A DNA stretch of 40,210 nt from the IMG/VR virus record IMGVR_UViG_3300009964_000014, positions 1-40,210 of that record; one strand, written 5' to 3'. The translations under genes were made by a program, and so were the position numbers. Below, in pieces: positions 15,085-26,700 of the stretch. The stretch is from a virus. The notes beneath the pieces were generated by a model that was given only the letters and a program-made list of their open reading frames with translations, had not been told where the DNA came from and did not search any database. Within the stretch, counting starts at the first letter, position 1. Each line of letters opens with the position of its first letter.

Positions 15085-16388
15085 TGAGTGTATTTAGAAT
15101 TGAAAAGAACGTGAATCCACACTTTAGAAACGTATGGGAATCAAAAGTTCCTTACAACGTGTTAAAAGGTGGACGTAACAGTTTCAAGTCTTCTGTAGTA
15201 GCGTTGAAGTTAGTTAAAGAGATGAGCAAGCAATTAAATAAAAATAAAAGAGCTAATGTAGTAGTAATCCGAAAAGTAGCTAACACAATACGAGATAGTG
15301 TATTTAATAAAATACAATGGGCATTAAATATATATGGATATGCAAATCAATTTAAAGCAACAGTAAGCCCATTTAAGATAACACATATATATACAGGCTC
15401 TACATTTTACTTTTATGGTGCGGATGACTTCCAAAAGCTAAAATCAAACGATATAAGCGATATAGTAGCTGTATGGTACGAAGAAGCAGCAGAGTTTGAT
15501 AGTAAAGAAGAGTTTGACCAAACAAACATTACATTCATGAGACAAAAACATAAAGATGTAAGGTACGTTAAATTCTATTGGTCTTACAACCCGCCACGTA
15601 ATCCTTACAACTGGATTAATGAGTGGAGCGAAGAGGTTAAAACTGATGATAGTTATTTAGTACATGAATCTAGTTACTTAAATGACGAACTAGGTTTTGT
15701 AACTGAACAAATGTTACTGGATATAGAGAGAATCAAACAAAACGATTTTGAATATTATAGATACATCTATTTAGGAGAGCCAGTAGGATTAGGGAGCAAC
15801 GTTTATAATATGTCTTGTTTCCATGCAATAACTGAATTACCTGCTAATGATAGATTAATAGGTATCTCTTACGCACTCGATACAGGACACCAACAGAGCG
15901 CTACTGCTTGCGGTGCTTACGGGATAACTGCAAGAGGGAATGTAATATTGTTAGACACATATTACTACAGCCCTGCAGGTAAGAGTGTTAAGTTAGCACC
16001 TAGTGAGTTAACTGTTGAGATTAAATCGTTCATTGATGAAGTACAAGACAGATACAATGTAAACTTAATTCAACTAACAATAGATAGTGCAGAGGGAGCT
16101 TTACGTAATCAGTTCTTTAAAGATTATGGAATACGTTGGCATCCAGTAGCGAAAAAGAAAAATCAAACCATGATTGACATGGTAACAAGTCTACTTGCGC
16201 AAGGTAGATTTTTTTATTTAGATAACGAAAATAACAAGATATTTATAGAAGAACACAAGATGTATAGGTACGATGAAAAGACTATCAATACAGAAGAGCC
16301 AAGAGTGGTTAAAGAGGACGACCATACGGTCGATGAATTTAAATATTTTGTTTTAGATAATGCAAAACTTCTAGGATTAAAAGCATAG
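15084..16388 (+). CDS. terL: Terminase large subunit (PBSX/Terminase_3-like)
   Basis: Walker A-like KGGRNSFKSS, Walker B VAVWYEEAAEF, and a C-terminal nuclease region. The start overlaps the terS stop. Confidence 0.9.
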   Translation: MSVFRIEKNVNPHFRNVWESKVPYNVLKGGRNSFKSSVVALKLVKEMSKQLNKNKRANVVVIRKVANTIRDSVFNKIQWALNIYGYANQFKATVSPFKITHIYTGSTFYFYGADDFQKLKSNDISDIVAVWYEEAAEFDSKEEFDQTNITFMRQKHKDVRYVKFYWSYNPPRNPYNWINEWSEEVKTDDSYLVHESSYLNDELGFVTEQMLLDIERIKQNDFEYYRYIYLGEPVGLGSNVYNMSCFHAITELPANDRLIGISYALDTGHQQSATACGAYGITARGNVILLDTYYYSPAGKSVKLAPSELTVEIKSFIDEVQDRYNVNLIQLTIDSAEGALRNQFFKDYGIRWHPVAKKKNQTMIDMVTSLLAQGRFFYLDNENNKIFIEEHKMYRYDEKTINTEEPRVVKEDDHTVDEFKYFVLDNAKLLGLKA

Positions 16389-16400
16389 GAGCGATTAATA

Positions 16401-17918
16401 ATGAGAATAATAGAAATCATTAAGAATTTATTTAAAAGGAGCAAATGGCAAATGCAGGGAAGTTTAATTAATTTAACAGACCATCCGAAAATAGCTGTTA
16501 CTAGTGAAGAATATAACCGAATACAAAGTAACTTAACATATTATCAAAGTAAATTTGATGATGTGAAGTACATAAACACGGACGGAGAACAGCAAACAAG
16601 AAAATATAATCACTTGCCATTGGCAAGGACTGCTTGTAAAAAGATAGCTAGTTTAGTTTATAACGAGCAAGCAGAGATAACAGTAGAGAACGAGCAAATA
16701 AATGAGTTTGTGCAAGAAATACTTAACAATGATAAGTTTAACAAGAACTTTGAACGATATCTTGAAAGTTGTTTAGCGTTAGGAGGTCTTGCAATGAGAC
16801 CATACTTTGATGGTAAAACAATAAAAATAGCTTTCATTCAAGCGCCTGTATTCTTGCCGTTAGAGAGTAACACTCAAGATATTTCTAGCAGTGCTATTGT
16901 TACAAAGACAATTAAGAGCGAGGGCAAAGAGAATAAGTATTACACATTAATAGAGTTTCATGAGTGGAACGGAGAAGACTTAGAAATTACTAACGAGCTT
17001 TATAAATCTAATTCTAGTAGTGTAGTAGGAACTAGAGTACCTTTAACTGAATTGTACGAAGATTTAACAGAGAGTGTAACAATTAAGGGGTTAAGTAGAC
17101 CGTTATTTACTTACCTTAAAACAGCAGGAATGAATAACAAAGATATTAATAGCCCACTAGGTTTATCAATATTCGACAATGCAAAAACTACAATAGACTT
17201 TATCAATCGTACATATGATGAGTTTATGTGGGAGATTAAGATGGGGCAACGTAGAGTAGCAGTGCCAGATAACTTAACAGAAGTAACATTCCAAAATGAG
17301 AACGGCGGATTCGTTAAGAAACGTAGGTTTGAAGTAGAGCAAAATGTATTTGTTCAAGTTGGCGGGGGTATTGATGATAACAAGATAGTAGATTTAACTA
17401 CACCAATAAGAGCAGAGGACTATATAAAAGCTATTAACAAAGGTTTATCTATATTTGAAATGCAGCTAGGAGTTAGTGCTGGTATGTTTACATTTGATGG
17501 TAAGTCAATGAAAACTGCTACAGAGGTAGTCAGTGAAAATAGTGATACTTATCAAATGAGAAATAGTATTGTATCACTAGTAGAAATATCACTTAAAGAG
17601 CTAGTAATCTCTATTTGCGAACTTGCTAAAGCTAACGGAATTTACAACGGAGAAATTCCAACGTTTGAAGAAATCTCTATTAATTTAGATGATGGAATAT
17701 TCACAGATAGAAATGCAGAGCTTACTTATTGGATTAAGGCGGTAGCTAGCGGATTAGTTAGTAAAAGGTTTGCTATAACTAAAATACTTAATGTTACTGA
17801 TGTGGAAGCTAATGAGATGTTAACAGAGATTAATGCAGAAGTTGAGCCGCAGTTAGAACAACAAGACATAGATATATATGGATTAGAAGAAAATGAAGAT
17901 AACAGAAAACGATGGTAA
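16401..17918 (+). CDS. Portal protein (SPP1 gp6-like)
   Basis: 505 aa, directly after terL, with the acidic C-terminus typical of portals. Confidence 0.8.
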   Translation: MRIIEIIKNLFKRSKWQMQGSLINLTDHPKIAVTSEEYNRIQSNLTYYQSKFDDVKYINTDGEQQTRKYNHLPLARTACKKIASLVYNEQAEITVENEQINEFVQEILNNDKFNKNFERYLESCLALGGLAMRPYFDGKTIKIAFIQAPVFLPLESNTQDISSSAIVTKTIKSEGKENKYYTLIEFHEWNGEDLEITNELYKSNSSSVVGTRVPLTELYEDLTESVTIKGLSRPLFTYLKTAGMNNKDINSPLGLSIFDNAKTTIDFINRTYDEFMWEIKMGQRRVAVPDNLTEVTFQNENGGFVKKRRFEVEQNVFVQVGGGIDDNKIVDLTTPIRAEDYIKAINKGLSIFEMQLGVSAGMFTFDGKSMKTATEVVSENSDTYQMRNSIVSLVEISLKELVISICELAKANGIYNGEIPTFEEISINLDDGIFTDRNAELTYWIKAVASGLVSKRFAITKILNVTDVEANEMLTEINAEVEPQLEQQDIDIYGLEENEDNRKRW

Positions 17919-18999
17919 GTTCTGGATTAAGTCAAAAGAGGTAGAACAAGTTTACCACGACTTAACCATTGAACTTATGATTAACACAATTAAGAGACTT
18001 AAACAGCGTGGTAATGCAGATTTATTAAGAAACCCTTATGTCTGGCAATTAGAAAAGTTAAACGATATGCATTTGTTAACAGAAGAGAATGTTCAAACGA
18101 TAGCTAAATACAGTGACATATCAGAAAGACTATTCAGAGATGTTATAGCAAACGAGGGATTCAAGATATATAAGCACGGACACGAGCAACTAGCAAAGGC
18201 GCTAGAGACAACTGCAAGTATCAATTATGGTTTGCAAAAGTCTTTAGATGCAATGGCAAGGCAAACCATGTACGACACTAACAATTTAATTAATACCTCT
18301 CTTCCCCCTGCACTTCAAAAAGGTTTCAAACAAGCGCTAGAGAAAGCAGTAGGTGCTGTAGTTGGTGGTATATCAGATGAGAAAAAAGCCTTAACTAAAG
18401 CAGTATTTGAAATGTTTGATAATGGCTTTACTGCATTCGTTGATAGAGGTGGTAGAACATGGACGGCGGAGAGATACGCACAAACAGTAATAAGAACTAC
18501 AACCTTTAGAACGTACAGAGAGCTTAAAGAAGAGCCTGCGGAGGAGTTCGGAATAGACACATATTACTATAGCGCAAAATCAAGCGCTAGAGAGATGTGC
18601 GCACCACTTCAACACAGAATCGTAACTAAAGGAGTTGCAAGGACTATAAAAGGAGAGCGAGTATTAAGTCTACCAGATTATGGACTAGGAACTCCAGGAG
18701 GTTGTCTAGGAATAAACTGCGGACATTACCTTACACCTTTTGTAATAGGTGTCAACTACAAGCCAAGATTAAGGGAAGATGTAGAGAATCTTACAGAAGA
18801 AGAACTAAAACAAAATGCACTTGATAAAGCAAAGTTAAAATCTTACGAAAGAGCCATTAAGAAAGTAAAAGATAAAAAGCAAATGGCTAAAGCTCTTGAT
18901 AATACAGAGCTATATGACAAGTTAAAGCTCCGTGAAAGAACATTAAGGAGCAGTAAAAGAGAATTAATAGAAAAGAATCCATTTGTATTAAGATGGTAA
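17893..18999 (+). CDS. Minor head / head morphogenesis protein (SPP1 gp7 / Mu F-like)
   Basis: Positioned after the portal gene. Motifs WTAERYAQTVIRTTTFRTY and CAPLQHRIV...GCLGINCGHYLTPF. Confidence 0.75.
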   Translation: MKITENDGKFWIKSKEVEQVYHDLTIELMINTIKRLKQRGNADLLRNPYVWQLEKLNDMHLLTEENVQTIAKYSDISERLFRDVIANEGFKIYKHGHEQLAKALETTASINYGLQKSLDAMARQTMYDTNNLINTSLPPALQKGFKQALEKAVGAVVGGISDEKKALTKAVFEMFDNGFTAFVDRGGRTWTAERYAQTVIRTTTFRTYRELKEEPAEEFGIDTYYYSAKSSAREMCAPLQHRIVTKGVARTIKGERVLSLPDYGLGTPGGCLGINCGHYLTPFVIGVNYKPRLREDVENLTEEELKQNALDKAKLKSYERAIKKVKDKKQMAKALDNTELYDKLKLRERTLRSSKRELIEKNPFVLRW

Positions 19000-19103
19000 A
19001 AACTAGACCTAAAGTAAGTCGTTAAACTGCTTTTTTTTCGTGCAATTACCACGTTAAGTAATTAAATTTAGTCGATGGACGTAAAACGAAAGGAGCTTAT
19101 CAA

Positions 19104-19676
19104 ATGAGCTTAAAAAGAGAAATGTTAATTAATGCAGGTATCACAGAGAAAGAAGCGATAGACGAAATCATGCAAGCGTACGGTGCAGGACTAGAACACG
19201 CTAGAACACAAGCAAAACAAGAGTTGACTGCAGAGAATGAAACATTAAAACAGCAACTAGAGACTCAATCACAAACGCTAGAAGATTTAAAGAAAAGTAG
19301 TGAAGCTAACAGCGATGTTAAGCAGGCACTAGAAAAGTTACAACAAGAGTACGAGCAGTATAAGGTTGAGAGCGATAGTAAGCTGCAACAAATAAATAAA
19401 ACTAATGCTATAGCACTAGCTCTAAAAGATGTTAAGGCATATGATTCTGATGTTCTAATGAAACTAATAGATATTGACAAGATAGAACTAGGAGAAGATG
19501 GAAAGCCTAAACTAGATGAAGTAGTTAACGGACTTAGAGAAAGTAAGCCGTTCTTATTCGAACAAGAGCAAGTACAACAGCAATCACAACCGCAAATAGT
19601 TGTTGGCGGGAATCCAAACGGAACAGGACAAGCAGAAAGCGACCCGTTCCAAGCAATTATAAATCAATATAAATAA
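19104..19676 (+). CDS. Scaffolding protein
   Basis: Coiled-coil, Q/E-rich 190 aa immediately before the major capsid gene, ending in the LRESKPFLF-type region. Confidence 0.7.
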   Translation: MSLKREMLINAGITEKEAIDEIMQAYGAGLEHARTQAKQELTAENETLKQQLETQSQTLEDLKKSSEANSDVKQALEKLQQEYEQYKVESDSKLQQINKTNAIALALKDVKAYDSDVLMKLIDIDKIELGEDGKPKLDEVVNGLRESKPFLFEQEQVQQQSQPQIVVGGNPNGTGQAESDPFQAIINQYK

Positions 19677-19699
19677 GCAATCAAAGGAGATTAAAATAT

Positions 19700-20578
19700 A
19701 TGGCAGGAAATCAAAATTTACCAGTAAGACAATATGCACCACAATATAAGCAAATGTTATCGACAGTATTCGATGTTAAGAAAGCATTCGAGGGAGTTGT
19801 AGCTCCTATTCAAATCTTAGATGGAGTACAACACAATGCAAAAGCATTCGCAGTTAAAACTAATGCAACTCCAGTAGTAGTAGGAACTTACAGCACAGAT
19901 GCTAATACTTCATTCGGAACAGGTACAGGAGCTGGAAGTAGATTCGGAAACATGACAGAAGTTATCTACCAAGATGAAGAAGTACCTTACAGCTACACTC
20001 TAGCAATCCATGAGGGATTAGACCGTTACACAGTTAACAATGATTTAAATGCGGCTGTAGCAGATAGATTAAGACTACAATCAGAAGCGCAAACAAGAGA
20101 AATGAACAAACGTATTGGGAAATTCCTTTCTACTAATGCAGGTAAAACAGAGAACTTAGCAGACTTAACAGAAGCTAGTATTAAGAAGTTATTCAACGCA
20201 GTTACAGCTTACACAGTTAATACTGAAATCAATGCACCTATGAAAGCTTACATTAGAGCAGAGTTATACAACGCTATCATTGATATGGCTTCTACAACTA
20301 CAGCTAAAGGATCTAGCGTTTCATTAGATAACAACGGACTATTAAAATACAAAGGTATTGAGTTAGTAGAAACTCCTGAGAAATACTTAGAGACAGGAAC
20401 ATTAGGAATCTTCGCACCAGATAACATTGTTATCGCATTCGTTGGTATCAACACAGCAAGAACTGTAGAAGCTACAGAGTTTGACGGAGTTCACTTACAA
20501 GCGGCTGCTAAAGGTGGTACTTATGTACTAGAAGACAACAAAAAAGCAATCATTAAAATTGCAGGTACAATCGCTTAA
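19700..20578 (+). CDS. Major capsid protein
   Basis: 292 aa after the scaffold gene, strong AAGGAG RBS, biased highly-expressed-type codon usage. Confidence 0.75.
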   Translation: MAGNQNLPVRQYAPQYKQMLSTVFDVKKAFEGVVAPIQILDGVQHNAKAFAVKTNATPVVVGTYSTDANTSFGTGTGAGSRFGNMTEVIYQDEEVPYSYTLAIHEGLDRYTVNNDLNAAVADRLRLQSEAQTREMNKRIGKFLSTNAGKTENLADLTEASIKKLFNAVTAYTVNTEINAPMKAYIRAELYNAIIDMASTTTAKGSSVSLDNNGLLKYKGIELVETPEKYLETGTLGIFAPDNIVIAFVGINTARTVEATEFDGVHLQAAAKGGTYVLEDNKKAIIKIAGTIA

Positions 20579-20590
20579 TAGGAGGTAGCA

Positions 20591-20764
20591 ATGCCAAAAT
20601 ATACGATTAAAACAGAATTTACAGACAAATACGAGAAATGCACTTACGAAGTAGGAGAAACAGCAGAGTTTTCCGAAGAAAGAGCAGAAGAGATTAAACT
20701 AGCTCTAGGAGAAGATGCATTAGTATTAAAAAAGACTAAAAAAGAAAGTACAGAGGAAGTTTAA
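20591..20764 (+). CDS. Small hypothetical protein (57 aa, below the ORF-track cut-off)
   Basis: GGAGG RBS then ATG 20591: MPKYTIKTEFTDKYEKCTYEVGETAEF... It is followed by the stem-loop AGAGGAAG...CTTCCTCT (20752..20780). Confidence 0.5.
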   Translation: MPKYTIKTEFTDKYEKCTYEVGETAEFSEERAEEIKLALGEDALVLKKTKKESTEEV

Positions 20765-20797
20765 GAAATTAGCTTCCTCTTTGTAGGAGGTTAAAAC

Positions 20798-21184
20798 ATG
20801 ACATACTTAACTTCTAATGAATACGAAAGACTAGGATTCGATGAGATAGATAATTTTGAGCAATTAGAAGAGCGAGCAAGTAGCGTTATAGACTTATATA
20901 CAGATTATTTCTACAGCAATGTAGAGTTTGAATCTGATAACCCTATAAGAAAGAACGCTGTTAAGCAAGCAGTAGCATATCAGATAAATTACATGGATAG
21001 CAGCGGGATAACAACCGCAGAAGATAAAGCAAGTTTAAATAGCTTGTCAATAGGTAGAACAACAATCAATTACAGCAATAACACAACTAACGCTATAAAA
21101 GATAGCTTCAATCTCTCACAAGATACAATTAACTTACTAAATAGCGTTGGTTTCGGTTATAAAAAGGCAGTATATGATAGATAA
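20798..21184 (+). CDS. Head-tail connector/adaptor protein (putative)
   Basis: First gene after the capsid block, about 128 aa, AGGAGG RBS. Called on synteny. Confidence 0.5.
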   Translation: MTYLTSNEYERLGFDEIDNFEQLEERASSVIDLYTDYFYSNVEFESDNPIRKNAVKQAVAYQINYMDSSGITTAEDKASLNSLSIGRTTINYSNNTTNAIKDSFNLSQDTINLLNSVGFGYKKAVYDR

Positions 21185-21512
21185 ACGACTACTAACTGAC
21201 ACTATCCAAGTACAATTAATTGATGATGTTGATATGTGGGGGAAAAACTCACATAAAGAGCCTTTTACAGTGAATTTTGTAAGGTTTGATAGACTTACGA
21301 TAGATAAGTCTGAAAAAGCTAGTAAGCTAACAAATACAGTTAGGAATCGTACAGGAAATATATTTATATATCCTAGATTCTCTAAAGTGAAAGTAGATGA
21401 TAGTTGGTTGCAAGCACAAATTACAGATGAGTATGGAACTTATGAGGTAGTAAGTTATCAAGTTAATTATTTCAATGGCAAAGTCTTCTCATACGAGGTT
21501 AACGTAATCTAA
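21174..21512 (+). CDS. Head closure / minor capsid-type protein (putative)
   Basis: ATG 21174 overlaps the previous stop region. Called on synteny. Confidence 0.45.
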   Translation: MIDKRLLTDTIQVQLIDDVDMWGKNSHKEPFTVNFVRFDRLTIDKSEKASKLTNTVRNRTGNIFIYPRFSKVKVDDSWLQAQITDEYGTYEVVSYQVNYFNGKVFSYEVNVI

Positions 21513-21856
21513 TGAGTATAACAATTAGTTACGATATATCGAAATTAGAAAACTCTGTTACTCCTGCAGGTATAAAAAAAGCTGGAACTATAGTAGCTAA
21601 TCAAGTTGTTATGGATTCAGAGCGTTATGTTCCGCAAGGTAAAACAGGAAAACTTGTAGGGAGTGGACGAACAGAGGGAGCAGCTGCAGTATGGCACACA
21701 GTATATGCGAGAGCGCACTACTTCGGGACAAATGGTATTGTTACATTTAGGAAATATACTGTAGGTGGTACTGGCCCTAAATGGGTAGAAAAAGCAGAGG
21801 CTTCTAACATGAGTAAATGGGAAGAAATTGTATTGAAAGGACTTAATTTACAATGA
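21512..21856 (+). CDS. Head-tail joining protein (HK97 gp10 / Minor_capsid_2-like)
   Basis: ANQVVMDSERYVPQGKTGKL...YARAHYFG recalls this family. Supported by synteny. Confidence 0.5.
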   Translation: MSITISYDISKLENSVTPAGIKKAGTIVANQVVMDSERYVPQGKTGKLVGSGRTEGAAAVWHTVYARAHYFGTNGIVTFRKYTVGGTGPKWVEKAEASNMSKWEEIVLKGLNLQ

Positions 21857-22254
21857 TAACAAACAATGATTTTCAAGTAGTTCTATGTAATTATGTAAAC
21901 ACACTTAATCTAGGATTAAAAGCTAGAATAGACTACTTTAATGAAAGAGACGACCTAGTTATTAATCTTATAAGCGGTGGAAGAGTAGAACAACTATTTA
22001 TGGACGGCTCACAAGAAATTAGCTTACCTTATGAGATAGCAGTAAAAAGCAAAGACAATCAACGCGCAAATGCTATTATATGGACTATTCACAGCTATTT
22101 ATCACAATTTAACATTCAATTACCTAGTTTAAACAATTCGTATCAATTTTTGGAAATGGAAATAGCCAAGCCATCTGTCAGTGGACAAGATGAACAAGGC
22201 TTTTTCATTTATACACTTACAATAACAGCAAAATTAGAAATTAAAGGAGATTAA
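21853..22254 (+). CDS. Tail completion / head-tail joining protein (putative)
   Basis: Called on synteny, with overlapping start and stop. Confidence 0.45.
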   Translation: MITNNDFQVVLCNYVNTLNLGLKARIDYFNERDDLVINLISGGRVEQLFMDGSQEISLPYEIAVKSKDNQRANAIIWTIHSYLSQFNIQLPSLNNSYQFLEMEIAKPSVSGQDEQGFFIYTLTITAKLEIKGD

Positions 22255-22257
22255 TTA

Positions 22258-22713
22258 ATGGCAAGACAAAAGAACGCATTAAGAAAGCATTATGTAGCAG
22301 TTTTTAACCCTGCTAACCCAACAACGGCGCCGCAAAAAGCAGATTATAAGCTATTAGCTAAATACATTAAGACAGTAAACGATGAGACAGATGAAGATAC
22401 TGACGACATCGCATACTATGACGGAGACGGAACACCAGAAGAGGTGGTAGTATCTGTTAAGGCTGGTTTTTCATTTGAAGGTAACTACGATGTAGAAGAT
22501 GAAGCACAAAAACTAATCGCAGGTTTACGTTACAAAGTAGGAGACGAGAGAAAGGTATGGTTTAAAGTTGTAAGTTCAGACAACAAAACACAATGGGAAG
22601 CAGTAGCTATCGCTAGTGGTATTAAAGCAGGAGATGGAGACGCTAACGAATTTGAGAACTTTGAATGTACTTTAAGATGGGTAACTTTACCAAAAGAAAC
22701 AGCAGTAGTTTAA
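22258..22713 (+). CDS. Major tail protein (putative)
   Basis: Positioned before the chaperone and tape measure genes. AAGGAG RBS. Confidence 0.6.
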   Translation: MARQKNALRKHYVAVFNPANPTTAPQKADYKLLAKYIKTVNDETDEDTDDIAYYDGDGTPEEVVVSVKAGFSFEGNYDVEDEAQKLIAGLRYKVGDERKVWFKVVSSDNKTQWEAVAIASGIKAGDGDANEFENFECTLRWVTLPKETAVV

Positions 22714-22740
22714 ACAACATAATTTAGGAGGATATTTAAC

Positions 22741-23103
22741 ATGGTTGTAATTAAAAGATATGAAAACACTATTCCAGTAGAATTCGGAGAGTTTACTTTA
22801 AACTTTGCAGTAAATGATAAAAACATAAAAGAGCTTGATAGATTAGGAAAAGAACTAGGTAAGTTAGAAGAACAAGCTAACAACATGACAGGAACAACGG
22901 AAGATATAGACACTATCTACAACATAAGTAAAGATATATGGGAATCACTATTTGATACAGATGTGTTCACTAGAGTTTACAGCTTAGCTAATGAATCTAG
23001 TATTACTTGTTTATTATTTGCGATACAAATGATTAAAGGTTTACTTGAAGAAATCGGGAACACTTATAAAGAAGATAAACTATTGAAATATCTTGAAGAT
23101 TAA
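22741..23103 (+). CDS. Tail assembly chaperone (gpG-like, putative)
   Basis: Synteny: it is one of the two genes preceding the tape measure gene. Confidence 0.5.
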   Translation: MVVIKRYENTIPVEFGEFTLNFAVNDKNIKELDRLGKELGKLEEQANNMTGTTEDIDTIYNISKDIWESLFDTDVFTRVYSLANESSITCLLFAIQMIKGLLEEIGNTYKEDKLLKYLED

Positions 23104-23105
23104 CC

Positions 23106-23678
23106 ATGTTAAATTTATCACAAAAACTAGAAGATAATTTAATAATTGGAAGCGATGTTTATCCTCTTGATTTAAGTTTTGGCAAAGTGTTAAGAGTATT
23201 TGAACTACTTCAAGATCCAGAGATACAAGAGGAGATAAAGCCTTATTTAGCTTTACAAATGCTAACTGGTGCTAATTTCTCAAATTTTGACTTGATTGAA
23301 GTAAACGAAATCTTAGAAGAAGTGTTCAAAGCACACATTGTCAACGAAAAAACGCAAGCAATTGAATATGATTTAGCAGGTAATCCTATGCCTGTACAAC
23401 AAAAGAAAGAGGAGGAGCGAGTATATAGTCTTAAACATGATGCGGATTATATATTCGCTTCTTTTTTTCAGGCTTATAATATCGACTTGATAGAAATGAG
23501 AAGTAAATTGCATTGGAAAAAGTTTAATGCTCTGTTAAATGGACTTCCTAGCGATACTAAATTCATGGAAGTATTAAAAATTCGTTCATGGAAGCCAAGT
23601 AAAAGCGATAGTACAGAGTATAAAGAGCATATGAGAAAGCTACAGCAAGAATATGAACTTCCTTACGATGAAGATTAA
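23106..23678 (+). CDS. Gp15-like tail assembly protein
   Basis: It lies directly upstream of the tape measure gene and recalls the Gp15 family of Firmicute siphophages. Confidence 0.5.
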   Translation: MLNLSQKLEDNLIIGSDVYPLDLSFGKVLRVFELLQDPEIQEEIKPYLALQMLTGANFSNFDLIEVNEILEEVFKAHIVNEKTQAIEYDLAGNPMPVQQKKEEERVYSLKHDADYIFASFFQAYNIDLIEMRSKLHWKKFNALLNGLPSDTKFMEVLKIRSWKPSKSDSTEYKEHMRKLQQEYELPYDED

Positions 23679-23720
23679 TAAATTATCTTAAATAAATAAA
23701 CAAGAAAGGAGGTTGAATAA

Positions 23721-26700
23721 ATGGCAGTAGGTAAAGTAAAAATAGACGTTGACTTAACTGGAGAAAAGGCAAAATCCGGAATAAAAGGAATTAAAGATTC
23801 ACTAGAGGGATTAAAGAGTGCAGGAGAAAAGACAGGCTCTCTATTTAAAAGTGTTCTAGGTGCTAATTTAGTTAGCGCTGGAATAGGTAAGGCAATAGGT
23901 AGTGTTACTAGCGGTGTAAAAAGTATGATTTCAGAGCTTAATAGTTCTTCTAAAGCATGGCAAACTTTCGAGGGAAACATGCAAATGCTAGGTAAAAGCA
24001 CTAATGAAATACAAGCCGCAAAAAGTGCTATGCAGGACTATGCGACCAAAACTATCTATAGTGCTTCTGATATGGCACAAACCTACTCACAATTAGCAGC
24101 AGTAGGGATAGAGGGAACTGACAAGCTAGTAACTGGATTCGGTGGACTAGCAGCAGCTGCAGAGAATCCAACTCAAGCGATGAAGACGTTAAGTACACAA
24201 GCAGTACAGATGGCTGCGAAACCTAAAGTAGCATGGCAAGACTTCAAGCTGATGTTAGAACAAACGCCAGCAGGGATTAGCGCAGTAGCTAAAGAAATGG
24301 GAATGTCTACAAGCGAACTTGTACAAGCTGTACAAAATGGAACAGTTAAAACAGAAGACTTCTTCAATGCTATTAAGAAAGTTGGGAACAATGAGTATTT
24401 CGCAAAAATGGCAACTGAATTTAAAAGCATAGACCAAGCTATAGACGGAGCGAAAGAATCACTAGCTAACAAACTACAACCAGCTTTCCAAAAGTTAAAT
24501 AAATTCGGAATTAAAGCTATTTCTGGAGTAGCAAATGCTTTAGATAAAATCAATTTTGATGGTATGGCAGAGAAGTTAGGTAGCTTTTTAGATGGTATTG
24601 ATATAGACAAAGTAATCAATAAAGTAGTTAGTGGAATATCTTTACTAACTAGCACTATTAAAAAGATGTGGGATGCATTTAGAGATAGTGGCGCACTTAC
24701 TGCAACGGTTAACGCTCTTAAAAGTGTTGGCAGTGCAATAGGTAATGTAGTAAGCGCATTAGCTAATAGCGGTGTGTTATCAATTGTAGCGAGAGTGTTT
24801 GGAGAGCTTGTCAAATGGGCAGCAAGAGCAGTTAATGCTCTAGGTAAAATTGTTAGCGCAATTCCACCAAGTGTATTAAGTGCATTAGCTTATGGATTCT
24901 TAGCAATAGCAGGATCTATTAAAGCTATTAAGTTAGCCTCTAAAGGATTAGATGTATTCAAATCATTGAAATCTTTTAATCCATTCAAGAGCTTAGGTAA
25001 AGGTGCTACACAAAGTTTAGAAGACTTAACAGGCAAAGCAGCAGGCGCAAAAAACACTATAGAGAATGTCTTTACAGGAATTTCAAAAGTAATTGATTCT
25101 GCAGGTAAAGGTATAGGAAACGCAGCAAAAGGAATAGGAACAGGAATCAAGAGCGCATTGAGTGGTGTACCTAAAATCGTTGACAGCTTAGGTAAAGGAG
25201 TATCTACAGCAGCAAAAGGAATAGGAACAGGGCTAGCAACAGCATTTAGAGGATTAGGACAAGCAATCGCTCTAGTACCTCCGCAAAACTTCTTAGCACT
25301 AGGAGCAGCAATAGCTCTAGTTGCAGCGGGACTTGCACTATTAGGAACGCAAGGAGAGGGAGTTGCAATGGTATTTACTGCATTAGGGACAGCAATTTCT
25401 GCAGTTATTACCGCCTTATCTGGTGGACTTACAGCTATTATCTCTTCACTAGGAACAGCCTTAACTTCAATCATTACAGCATTAGGAACAGGACTTCAAG
25501 CAGCTCTACAAGGTGTAGCAACAGTTATTATAGCTATTGGAACAGGTATTCAAAGCGCCTTACAAGGTGTAGCGAGTGTAGTAACTAGCTTAGGTAGTGC
25601 AATCAAGAGCGCACTAGAGGGAGTTGGTGCTGCTGCAACTGGAGCAGGTAACGGAATAAGGCTTGCATTCGAGGGGATAGCTTCCGTTGTATCTAGTGTT
25701 GGTAGTGCAATTCAAAGCGCAATGCAAGGTGTAGGAAGTGTAATAGAAAGTGTTGGAAGCTCGATAAAATCAGTATTAGAAGGACTTAAAAGCGCATTTG
25801 AAGGCGCAGGAAATGGAATCAAGAGCGTTTTCGAAGGCATCGGAACTGTAATTAATAGTGTTGGTAGTGCCATTAAGTCAGTATTAGATGGTATAGCTAA
25901 TGTTATCAGAAGTGTTGGAGAATCAGCAGAGCGTGCTGGTAATGGATTCAGACTTTTCGGAGAGGGAATTAGAAATATATCAGACGTTGGAGCGTGGAAC
26001 TTAGCTAAATCGTTAGCAGCTGTAGCAAAAGGATTAAGTGAAATAACAGGTAAAGCTGGAGAGATGGAAGCATTAAGTAACGCTATGTCATCTTTTAGTA
26101 ACTCTTTAAATTCTGTTAACACAGCAGCTGCAACAACAGGAACAGCATTGCAAAGCATGGTAGCGCCTATCGATGCAATTAAAGTAGCATTTGAAACTAT
26201 CCCAGCATCTATAATGGCTGCAAGCACAGGTTTATCAACATTTGCAACAGCCGCCCTAACTTCATTAGCTGGATTAACAGCGATGAGTACACAACTAGAA
26301 TCATTTAACACTAGTATAATGTCATTAGGTTTAGGTTTAACAATGGCAGTTGCACAATTTACAATGTTCGGAGCTGCAATCACAGGTATGGGCGCAGCAT
26401 TAAGCGGTGTATCAATGATGTTTGATACCTTAAATATGGCAATAACTGCAATGTCAATGTCTTTCACTGCATTAAGTGCTTCTATAACTTCAACAGTAGC
26501 GCAATTAAGTGGAATAGGAACAGCAGTATCTGGTATTGGCATTCAAATTACAAGCATGGCAGTATCTGTAAGTAGCGCAATGTCAACAGTATCAAGCAGT
26601 ATTACAAGCTCAATGCAAAGTGCAGTAAGTGCAGTTCAAAGTGCTTGTTCTCAAATAATATCCGCTTTATCTCAAATGGCATCTGAAATGAGCCAAACAG

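Noticed and set aside
22741-23678. Programmed -1 frameshift joining the two chaperone genes (lambda G/GT style)
   Set aside because: The frame of the second ORF is closed by TGA at 23094..23096, only four codons upstream of its ATG. No slippery heptamer exists in the 7-nt window where a shift could occur. The second gene looks like a separately initiated Gp15-type protein.
24173-26542. Long antisense ORFs (213, 194 and 276 aa) on the minus strand inside the tape measure gene
   Set aside because: They lie wholly within an unambiguous 1194-aa plus-strand gene whose GCN/GGN/AGY-rich periodic repeats deplete stop codons on the opposite strand. They have no RBS, and their low-complexity translations are compositional artefacts.
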